64,000 nt of DNA from Rotaria socialis. Its lineage: Eukaryota. Below, piece after piece: positions 13,001 through 24,100 of this stretch. Numbering within the stretch: the first letter of the stretch is position 1; every line of letters starts with the position of its first letter. A program made the translations under genes and the position numbers. Below the pieces are notes generated by a model. That model did no database searches, was not told the origin of the DNA, and saw only the letters and a program-made list of their open reading frames with translations. The stretch lies in assembly GCA_905331295.1 (NCBI GenBank), contig CAJNYD010000589.1, forward strand, positions 1-64,000, in the 5' to 3' direction.

Positions 13001-13970
13001 TTTTTTATTTTCAATATGACCTGTTAAATTATCAATATATTTTCTCATTTCCTGTGGATAACAGGTAGCCTGTAAATGGAATTGCACGTCGTTACCTGTT
13101 AGAAATCGTTTACAGCAGACATAACATCGATGATGTTGATTATCATCAGCTCGTGAAGAAAAGCAATCCGGTAATTGGATGCTCTCGTGACGTGGTTGAT
13201 TAGGTAGTATCAAACAAATACTAGGTGATTGATATGAGATGGAGCCAAGTTTTGAATTTTTCGGTAGTGTTTGTGAACGTTCGGTAGCATTAGTGACGCT
13301 AAGTTTGGTCTGATTATTTTTTATATAAACTAAAGCATTTACTGCAAATATAGACTTCTGTTTGAAATTATTACTAGGTTCGAATAATACTCGTTTCGTT
13401 CGATTCCGCATTGACGGTATTGTAACATCTATCATTTGCTTACTATATGGAGATATAGTTACCTGAGAAAGCAACAAAACTGGATGTTGTAATTCGGTAA
13501 GATCGAGAATAGGTGTATTAGTTGTACGCCCGTTTGAATGGTTAAGAGTTAGACATTGACATTGACGATGGAGATCAATGATAACTTGGTTATTTTTTAG
13601 CCAATCATGACCAAGCAATAAATTAGCGATAAGGTCTGAAGCAACATCAGCAACAATAAAGGTTTTGTGACCATTAACTTTTATTTCAAGCTCGACTTCA
13701 CCTATAATGTTGACTGATGTACAACTAGCAGATTGATATGTTTTTTTTTTAAAGAAATTTTTTATGATGAATTTTTTTCAGGAGTTGTTCATGAATTATA
13801 GTAGTGCATGATCCCGTATCGACTATGGCATATTGAGAAACATTATTTATTTGAACTTTAATATAAACAGGAATTGGAGTTGATTTGGTTGAAGAAAATA
13901 ATGATGGCTTTTCATATTGGACGGAATCAGTGCCATCGGCTGATTCCGCTAAAGGAAAACCTGTGGACAA
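10097..13970 (-). CDS. pol: pol polyprotein (aspartic protease, C2H2-like finger, RT, RNase H, integrase with GPY/F); stop and frame disruption near 13741-13751 within the protease
   Basis: AIVDTGS and LGHDWL (PR); SPWSSPVVLV, LDFKSGYFQ, PQG and YLDD (RT); TDA, EKE and TDHKPL (RH); H-H-C-C, MDF, TDRG and QIER (IN); YEGPY. It starts in the -1 frame overlapping the gag end. The 1173-codon RT-IN portion is open. Confidence 0.95.
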
Positions 13971-14944
13971 TCAACTACGCGGTGTCCTCTATGTCCACAT
14001 TTAAAACAGCCATCAGGTTGGCGTTGATAACATTCGATAGTACGGTGATTCCTAAGACCACAGATAAGCCATGGTGATAAAGATGTTACCTGAGGTTCTT
14101 GAGATGAGTGTATTCGATTCTTTAACCCATAACTTTCCGAAGTATTGTTGGTACGAACAGGTCGATGATAATTAGAATTATCATATACAGTTGATTGGTT
14201 TATTGGATACGGTTTCGATAAGGGTGGTATATGATTTGTATATAGCTTTGCTGTTGATGAAGAGTTCACAGCCGATATCATCATATAAGATTGAGTAGGT
14301 TGATTAAAGTACGTATTATTAGTATCCAAAGATTGATTAATTTTTTCGACATGTTCTTCAATTATTGCAAATTTTAGAAACGTTTCTGGTGTAGGATCAT
14401 TGTCCGTTAGCATTAATCTGGTTATATTCATTTTTATTTCATCTCTAATACCTTTTTGAAGAAAATGTAATATCATTTGTTTCGACATTTTAGAATCAGT
14501 GCGACGACACAATCGACAAACAACATCATAATAATCATTCAATGATTCATGAGCTTCCTGTTTTCGACTGTCTAAAGTGCTAAACAAAGTCTGATTCAAC
14601 CATGGTTATTGAAATCTTTCTCGAAGACAAGTTCTCAATATGGACCAAGTATTTAAATAATTCTGATTATCTTTATACCATCGTTCAGCTTGACCACTAA
14701 GTTTTTCTTTTAACAAAATATGTAGTACTTCCCCTGGTTCGTTTGTTAATGAACCTATATTTTCGATTTGTTCGATGTACTCATCAACATCTTGAGTGAG
14801 GTCACCTGTGAATGATTGTAAACTACGATGGGTCTCTTTCTGAGCTTGTAACAAAATAGCACTTGTGATTGTTCGATTTGTCTGAACATCAGAAGACCGT
14901 ACAGTAGTTATAGAATCAGATTCAATCATTGAATTGGATTTCAT
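13949..14944 (-). pseudogene. gag: gag with premature in-frame TAA at 14606-14608
   Basis: Same-frame ORFs 14606-14944 and 13949-14599. Motifs: FTGD...DVDEY, AERWY, RKQEAHESLNDYY, and two CCHC knuckles (the first degenerate WxxCxxxxHxxxxC, the second CFKCGHRGHRVVDC). The frame is open back to an ACG at 15031. Confidence 0.9.
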
Positions 14945-15240
14945 ATTAGCCTTTCTTTTAGGATAGTCGAGAGTATTGCCTGAAAATAGAGTCGACTTAT
15001 CTTTTATTTGAGATCTTGCACCGGTCGCCGTTTTTTATTCTTGAATGAAATCGTTCTTAACAGGAAATCCTCTTAAATCAATACTTTATTATGTTTAAAG
15101 AAAGAAAGAAAAAAATGTTCTTCTTTTTTTTTAAATAAACGATGTGTATGCGTCACTCCTGAATACAGGATGTCCCAGTAATAAATTGGGTATGTTAATA
15201 ATATAATCTTGAACTTCCTCAGCAATTGTTGTTCATGAGG

Positions 15241-15257
15241 ATCGAGTGACGGCACCA
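15241..15257 (-). promoter_or_regulatory. Primer-binding site, tRNA-His-like (TGGTGCCGTCACTCGAT)
   Basis: Located 1 nt after the 5' LTR; near-complement of the eukaryotic tRNA-His 3' end. Confidence 0.8.
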
Positions 15258-15258
15258 A

Positions 15259-15529
15259 TGTTAGGATTTTTTATCTTCTTTTATTTTATTGAAATAAATA
15301 TCATAACATGAACAAAAAACGAGATAACTAAGGAAACAGTTACGATGATCAGCGGTATAACGATTGCCAACGATCCGACCAAAACAAACTAAACAAGATC
15401 ATCACTCAACACCATCCATCGATCCCAAAAACATCGATCGATTAGAAACCAACCAAAACAACAACGGAGAAAAAACTATAACAGGATAAATTGAAGGTAT
15501 GTTGGGACGACAGATGTCGTCCCATAACA
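15259..15529 (-). repeat. 5' LTR (271 bp)
   Basis: Direct repeat of 7916-8186, adjacent to the PBS. Confidence 0.97.
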
Positions 15530-16836
15530 GTTCATCTGAAAAATCTACCCTGATTTCCAAAGCCTATAATTAGGTTATTGCCTATTTGCTTATGTCTGTA
15601 ATCGAGTATTAATTGTTAGCTCGTATATTTATCAATGACATATACTAGTTTCTATGGTCTGTAATGGGCAAGCATCGCTTTTTCGTGTAGTCTGTAGTTA
15701 AAAAAGGAAGAAATAACAGCCTAATTAGTCAAGCTCCTAATTAGCACAATTTTAAACTAATTAATGTCTGTAATGGGGAGAGGGGAGGGGTGAGGAGCCG
15801 CAAAAATCTCGCATTTAAACTTACACTCACCATTTTCTTCGAAAATATATGTGAGTTCCACAAAATTATCAACTATTTAGCTCGTTCCTATGACTAAAAA
15901 CACCTTTGCAAAAGAACCATCACTTTTGATGTAAAATTCAACTTTGCAGTTAGGTGTGCACCATTTCCAATTCGAATTCGAATCAATTCGATTCCTAAAA
16001 TTGGTCGGAATTTAGTTGGAATTCGAATTGGGCATTCTTATGGTTGAATATGGAATCATATTTGTAGGAAACCTGAAAAGGTTTCTATGTCGTTGCAAAT
16101 CTGTTAATCTCAATCAAGTTACGTACGGACTTTTTTCGGTGCAGATAACTTATGGAGCTTTGTTAAAAACCCGGCCTGATCTTGTCGGCTCCCTTTAATT
16201 TGATTACATGATGTGATGCGGTCCAGTCGGATCCATTTGTCGAAGCTGATCGGATTCAACGAGATCCTTTTACAGTCATATGTTTGCCTGATTCCGGGTC
16301 ACTGGATTGAGGGTTCGTTCCGATAGAATCCGATTGAATTGAGATGGAAACCATCCAATTCGGACATAATCAGACATACGATCGTATCGGATGCGGCAAT
16401 ATTCATTGGTCGCAACTCTACACCTGGGTAGCGATTAGACCACCAATGGTTCAATATTTTTCATTTTATACGCTAATTCATCAAGAATTAAATTGCTATC
16501 GCTTTCCATTATCAGTCATCAAAAAAAACTACTTTCAATAGACAAGAAAATCATTAATTCAGCGTAATTTTCGATGAATATTTTAACAAAAACAAAGTAA
16601 AACGATTTCTGTCGAACTCTAAGAGAGGAAGCAACATACTTTTTTTCATACTTGATTTATACTTAATTAGTATTCTTTTTTCTGTAAAAGGTATATGTAA
16701 TCATATGTAATATTAAATATAATCTTTCTGAGAGTACACAGCCATGCAGCTATGTACATTTGAGTACATGTAGCCATATGGCTATGTATACTTGGGTACA
16801 CATAGTCAGTTAGCTATGTGTGCTTGAATGCACCTA

Positions 16837-17114
16837 CACTGGAAAAAAAAGAAGTACTCTACGAAACTTAAAAGGGTTCCGAGATTTGCAACAAATTCGA
16901 AACCCTTTTGCGATGTCGTACGGAACCTTAAAAGTTCCGTATAGTCTCACGAACCCTGTGCCGGAGTCTCCGATATTTTTAAGTGTTTTGTGAGACTTTA
17001 CGAAACCCTTGAAGAACCTCGAAGGTTCCGTATGGTAAAGAAAAACGGTTTCGAATTCGTTGCAAATCTCGGAACCCTTTTAAGTTTCGTAGAGTGCTCA
17101 TTTTTTTTTCAGTG
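16837..17114. mobile_element. MITE with ~70-bp TIRs (CACTG...CAGTG), TA flanks; CMC/EnSpm-like or Tc1-like
   Basis: CTCTACGAAACTTAAAAGGGTTCCGAGATTTGCAAC is mirrored at the right end. It is nested in an older repeat with TAGCC/GGCTA motifs. Confidence 0.8.
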
Positions 17115-18190
17115 TAGCCGTGTGGCTATATCTACCTGGGTGTACATAGCCACGTCCTATAAATAAATACTAAATAAAATATTTACCATTTACTTAAAAC
17201 AAAAGTAAAGTAGATGTGCCACTCTCAGTTTCGATTCAGTCAGATAAAATTATTCCGCTAAAAAGATGTATTCATGATTGTGCCCTTAAAGTATAAAAAA
17301 AACACGTTTCTGATGTTTTTAGTAAGGAGCATCATAAAAGTCAATTGTGAAAACGACAACTGCAGTTAATTGTCAGAGTGAGTCAGATCTTTGTCGTTAT
17401 TAACTGCATGCTGATCATCAAATCGGGATGGAATTAGAGGTGAAAGTGTCAACAACATTATCAACTCTGAAAACAAAGAAAATAATAAAGACCAGCTCAA
17501 TATGGTTCACGGCAGTGATGAAGAAATCGACTAAAATGAGAATTGAGATGCACCATATGATTTCATGTTTTCAACAATCCTAGTAATGTGTTTATTCGAT
17601 AATGTACATTAAAAATTAGCTCATTCTTCTTTAAGAGTTAATTTTAACAATGAAATCGGATTTTTATAAACAAATGCATCAGGGGAAATTTGAGAAAAGA
17701 AAAAACGTTTTTATCGTCGGATAGCCTGTCAGGCGTACAAGATCGTTGAAATTCCATGTTTTATGAGAAAAGAAAAAGAAACAGCTGATTATTCATGTAC
17801 TGTATCAGATTCTTATTTTGACATCCCTCCGCATGCTTCAATCCTACTTCGTTTAGTGTTCAACTACTTTAGAACGGTATTAATGAATAGATAGAATAAT
17901 AAACAATACCTCAAAAAATCACAGGAAATGATTATATGACAATATGAGTTTGTTTTCCATAGACAGAGGAGATGAAAATAAACATATTAAAATTTATTAC
18001 GCTTATTGCAAAAGATTATATGATATTCAGCTCGAATGGACATTTTTTTCCCGGAGAGTCATCAATATCGCAGTTGTTTTGGTGTTATAGTCTAGGAAAG
18101 CGTAAAGCTTATATAAATCGTATCGCTAGTTCATTACTAAGAATATCTTTAAGCTCGATTCGTAAAGTTATTCACGCAATAGAGTTTTAT

Positions 18191-21100
18191 CTAATCGATA
18201 TAGCTCTCTATGACGCGTTCGTCGAGGCCGATCTCATGAAGTTTGAAGAACGTTAACCCTGCTTTTTGAAGTAAGTCAACGTACTGTTGTAATGTTCGTT
18301 CGCGTCCTTCATCTGTCCCAAGCATAATAAAGTCTTCTGCATATACTGTCCATTGGCGACGGGCAACCTCCGATGTTATCGGTTCGTCGAGCACAAGTTC
18401 TATAATAAATATCCTGGCGGGTCGGAGTGCCACTTTATATAATGATTTCAGCGCTTTTATGGCGTTTTCATCATTCATGTTATGTAGAATGTACTTAAGA
18501 AGATACCCGTCGGCTTTGGGAACTGTATTTGGATCGAATATGTCACCACCAACGAAACGATAGCGTGAAGGTGAAATGCCAAGTCTTTCAAAGTCGTTGT
18601 CATCCATGGATGATGATGCATGATTAATAGTTGAGGGCAAGTCAAATACAATACTGTTAACAATATTTCTATGTGACGAAAGAATGTTAGCTAATAGAGT
18701 ACCACGGCTTCCTCCAACGTCTACAAGCATACTGCAACGTGAAAATGCATCGATCGCTTTCGCGATAACTGGCCCTGTATTGTATGAAATTGTTGACATA
18801 ATTGAAGCAAAAGCGACCATCATTTCATTTGATAGCTCTGAATAAAGATGAGTAATATCTTTGGATTCAGAGGCAGTCGTATGTTCATTCCCACGAATAA
18901 GTATGTGAACGCGAGAATCGCTACCAGGAGTAAGAACTAGCAAGAAGATAAGTATTAGATAAAATTAAATAGGATTCCATGCGAATAAATATATGAATGA
19001 CGAACATAAAGTGTTCTGTAACACTCTTCATTGATATAAAAGTCATTCATTTTCTAAAAAACATATAACTTCATAATTGCGGATGGTTCACTCACTATGT
19101 GCTTTAATTCTTTCATCTGAATGTAAGGATCGTGTAATTAAAGCTTTAATCAAAACATAATGCGTACTGGGGGTGTAACAGTTCTCAGATCTAAACTCAG
19201 ATCAAATGATTGAAAGAATTGTTCGAACAGATCAGATCTAAAGAGCTGCCTGAAAAGTCCTTTTGGTAGGAACTAACACTGAACTATATTACCCAAGGGG
19301 AACAGACTGATTTCCAGGCATAGAAATCACTAGAAATAATTGAAAATCAAAGAAATCATGGAAATCAAGCAATCAGTTTGTTTTACTTTGTATTTAACAA
19401 TGTAGTGGAAGCCGACAAAAACCAACGATGTCACTGATCATTAACTGGGTCTATTACAGCAACTAGCCGGCAATTTTTTGAGTAAATTGCGGTTGACCTC
19501 TACAATTTACCTGGTTTTGTGGCAGAGATAAAGTTCTAAAACTATTTTAAATAGAATTTTGGAAAAAGAAATGCAATTGTTCTATACTAAGAACGCAGAC
19601 TTCGACGTCAATCTAACTACATGACAGTGGAATTCAAAAACTATATCATTGAACAAAAGTTAGAAGTAGCTGAAATATGGACTGACAATCTTAGTGTACG
19701 CATTAGTCAAAATTTTTTTATATTTTGTCAAGCCTATCAAGTTCCTGGTGTGTCCTATTTGAAGTTTGCCAGAATCTAATCTTCTCCAATCTATTGCTAG
19801 ACTCGCGCCTATCCCAGCCTTTATCTGTCCTAGTTTGAGTGTACCCATGCCTAATGGCTCCGGCACCACTAACATGCTGGTTATTAACTGATAAAAACAT
19901 GCGTTTGTGAAATGATCGATTCTCTCGAGTCATCTAATCAAGCCGCAAAGATAATAACAATCGTTTTTAATGTTGTATAGTTATGATTTGATTTTTTCTT
20001 TCGAATAAATTTGAATAAATTTCTATGCATATTCATGTACATATACAGCTCTCATCGTGCTTTTCTCTACTTTTCGTACTTCAGAACAGTCGAAGTCCAC
20101 TTGCCCCCCCCCTCTTGGTGGTATCGTGACAATCATGATTATTAAGTGTTTTACCATTGTAAGCGGTGAGTTATATCGACTCTTCCGTTGAATAGAATAC
20201 ATTATGAAATGAAACAGAAATAAATGTTTTTGATTATGGGAAACTCATTTATCTATAAAAGCTGTTAGCACAATCCCTTTGGGATTAAAAGTGTGAAACA
20301 CGATGAAACTTCTTTTCTGCAATTCGTCAATGACTGCCACTGGTGGTCTGTGGAGCTTCTCTATTACGGTCTGTATTATGATGTATGGGTTCTCTAGAAA
20401 CCATCACAGACCGTTACAGAGAATTCAGAAATAATCACAGACCGTTACAGAGAAATTAATTAATAATTAATTAATTAACTGATTAACTAATTTCTCTGTA
20501 ACGGTCTGGGGCGGAAGGGGGGGGGGGGTAAATGATGTTTTTCATTGTACAAGGGAATTAAGTTTCTTGATCTCTCGCCATTTATTGTGTAGTGAATATT
20601 TCAGCGGGAATTATAGTTATAGCTTTCTCTTATGCTCTGATGTAGAGATGCATTCAAGTTACCTAAGCATTTGTATCATATCTGTGAAGTTGTTTCAGAA
20701 TGATAGTCGAAGGGTACTTATTAAAAGCTATACTATAGTCCTAGAATGCATGGATTTTTTTACTTTCTATCAACAATATTTCTATGTTCATTTCCTTGTT
20801 ATTGGTTATATTTTTCTAATAAGCATATTTACCAACTTTGAGCCGTTGGAGGAACATTAGATTATATCCGCTTAATCAGATCAAAAATACTTTTGCACTA
20901 GCGGAAAATTGAGAACTCTATTTTCAAGCTTTGACATATTATTTTATATTGAGGCGAGTATGGATATTGAATTATAAGCATTGAACCGAACTATTAGTGA
21001 AGCTGATTCCATCTGTACGAAAGATATAGATCGCTTACAATCTCTTCGAAAGACAATGAATATTTCCTGTATTTACAACATAATAAACACGAGGAGCATA

Positions 21101-24100
21101 ATAAACAAGCTACTAAACCACCGTTTAGCTTTTGCTGGAAACATAACCAATTTTGTTCTAGTTCAATAAAAAGTTTTCAGGTTAAACAATTGAATGAGAC
21201 AGTCACATTACATGACTTTTTCCACGTCAACATAAAAAGTTGCGAGTTCCAATCGTTTGTAATCGGCTGTTAGAGAGGCACTGAAAAAAACTATATTGAC
21301 GACTTATGTACCGCAGCTTTGTCATCTATGTCCTTAGAGTTATTCGATCGGTGAACTACTATCTAAAATCAATTTGACAGCAGCGAAAGCACAGCGTTAA
21401 CCTTGTACATGGAAGTTAAGCCAAGCAAATACTTCAGCAATCTTTCTGTGCAATCATGGATCAGTTCTAAAGGACGGGGACGCATAAGATGTTAGTTTTG
21501 AATCATCGTCTTCCTCAGTTTGGTTATAGCTCATTAGACGCAGCATTTTACGAGGAATCGTGTGATATCAAAATTAAGTCACTTCGAAACAATCTACGGG
21601 TAGTTCCGTTCAAAATAGTGAAATCCGATTTTGTATATAAATGACTAATTCTTATATTGAAGAAACGCATATATGGTATGTTCCCTAGTGTGGTATTTCG
21701 AATCGGAAATTGTGTCAAATAAATACCCACTCTCTGCTCAATCTTTGGTGAGAATTTCAGCCCAAACGATTCAAATGTTACTATGCAGCAATGAAAAATC
21801 TACCAAGGTCAGTATAAAAATTATAAAATATTGCAATCTAACCACGCACTGCTTTCGCAATATCTCAATAAAGGAAAAAAATGAAATGTGGTTTCGATTG
21901 ATTCTACAAGATTGAACGCAGCGGTAAAAAATCTGATACGTTTGGTTTGTTCAAAAGTGACCTTCAAAAAATAAAATGGCATAACTTTCCATCAGATGAG
22001 TGTTTTTGCATTTTTCTCAGATTTCTCGCCTGTTTTAATCGGAAAAAGGCGAATTTGATAGAATACAAATAAAATATTTGGAATCAGAGTAAAAATTTTA
22101 GTTGGTTGACGTGCGTATCAGCCTCTTTTAATGGAATTTATTTTTCTCAAAAAATTATCCTGGACTCCACTCAGGGTTGACAGAATAATTTAATCAAAAT
22201 ACGGTTTCTATCCTTTAGGTATGTGTTTTTTTGCGGTGCTAGTGTTTTACACATTTTAACACTATTCCTTCGATAAAACTTGTTTTTGATTGAATTAAAT
22301 GTGTCAATGAATGATGTGAGGAACACCAGGCTAATTTTTCGAGAAGAAAAATTTCATTGAAGAAGGCTGAAATGTGCATCAACCAACTCAACTTTTTACT
22401 CTGATTCCAAATATGTTAGTTGTTTTCCATCAAATTTTACTTTATGAAGGCACTCCTGAAAAAATTCAAAGGCACAGGATTTTGTAGCGTTTTGTTCAAT
22501 CTTGAAAAAACAGTAAGTGGGTAGATAGGAGTATTTTATAATTTTTACACTAACCTCGATAGATTTTTCATTACTACACAGTAACGTTTCAACCGTTCGA
22601 ACTGAAATTCTCACCAAAGATTGAGTAGTGAGTGGATAGTTATTTGGCACAATTTCCGATTCAAAATATCGCACTAGGGAGCATACTATATATGCGTTTC
22701 TTTAATGTATGAATGAGCCATTTATATACAAAATCGGATCTCACTATTTTAAACAGAACTACCCGTAAAGTCTTTCGATATATACAAAATCGGATCTCAC
22801 TATTTTAAACAGAACTACCCGTAAAGTCTTTCGAAATGACTTAAATTTGGCGTAAAACGATTCCTCGTGAAATGCTGCGTCTAGTGAGCTATCAACAAAC
22901 TGAAACACACGATGGTCCAAAACTGGCAACTTATGGGCCCTCGTCCTTTGCTAGTGTAGATAGATCTTTATCAAAACTAACTAGTTTCTTGTCTACCATG
23001 AATATTTTCTTTGCATATCATTGATCAGCATTGGTGTGGTGGGCAGTTACGAGACGATTAGCGGCAATTGACTCATCGAAAAAATCTAATATCCAATAAC
23101 TATTTACTTGTTTATCTATTGGCTGCTGTAAACGAATCAAAATATGCATCATTAGTACAAGTATCTGTACATCAGCGACACCTGGTAGCTGTTATTGGGG
23201 AAAAAAAGATATCAGGAAAACTATTTTTTAAAGAAAGTTCTCTTTTCGCTAATTTATTTTTGTTTAGTCATTTGACTTCAACCAACAGTGGCATGTATCC
23301 AAGAGTTTGGAGAAGTGAGCACTACTCTTTGTTTTTCAGTTCAATTGTTCTTCAGCAATTTTATGTATGATTACCTCTTGTTTTTGGTTATTTTGGTCAG
23401 CAAAATCTTTATATTGGTCTCAACTCATCCAAGTGTAGTAAGTTCATTTCTATTTTTCGCGCGATATTTCGCGTCTCGTTGTCTACTGAGGAAGTTCCGA
23501 ACTTTTGATCTTGCCGAATTCTTAGAGAACGGACAAGAACCTCGCAAGCTCCAGTTAAATTTATCTGATTTTTCGTTCACACCAAAGCGCGAGCAATATC
23601 AACTGAAGCGTTTTTTAGCAACTGTTTCTGTTTTCTTCATGAAGCAATAAAGGATCTTAAAAAATGTTCATTTATGGGTCTTAGAATAGTTTATGAAGGA
23701 TGAGACTGCGTATTTATTCGCATCCCATCATATTTTACATTATCTCCGCCAATGATCCCAGGAGTATTATTTCGCAAATTTTCTGCAAATGCCCTCCAAA
23801 ATCTTGCTGTTATTTTTGGGAGGGTTGTAGCCAGAAATGCCACAACAGGATCTGTCGACTGTATCAAGCTGCGAGTTATGAGAAGTTCCTACTGGCTCTA
23901 AAGTGGACCGAACTCGTTCGCTGAAATACTACTGAAAGCCCCAAAACCTGCCATTTCCGCGACGGGTTCTTGAGCTTGGTAGAAATGAACAATAAAAAAG
24001 TAAGAATTTGCTTCTAGGTCGTAACGATAAAGGAAAATTTACATTACAGTTATCAATAGGCGAAATTTTAAAAAAATCGAGTCAGACCTATTTTACATTT

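Larger units (their letters stand above)
7916..15529 (-). mobile_element. Full-length Ty3/gypsy LTR retrotransposon (gag, pol, ORF3), resembling bdelloid Vesta-type elements
   Basis: Two 271-bp TG...CA LTRs, 5-bp TSD GTTCA (7911-7915 and 15530-15534), PBS, PPT and domain order PR-RT-RH-IN. Confidence 0.97.
7864..15861. mobile_element. ~380-bp MITE (TIR GTGGAACTCACATATAT, apparent 5-bp TSD AAAAT) split by the LTR retrotransposon
   Basis: GTGGAACTCACATATAT at 7864-7880 and its reverse complement at 15845-15861, with AAAAT flanking both outer ends. Confidence 0.55.

Noticed and set aside
13741..13755. Second programmed frameshift in the protease region
   Set aside because: It would require a +1 shift at a TAA within an A10 homopolymer; mutation or a sequencing indel is more parsimonious.
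21548..22674. Pair of similar ORFs on opposite strands (YFESEIV...)
   Set aside because: A consequence of the long TIRs of a non-autonomous transposon; no domain is recognisable.
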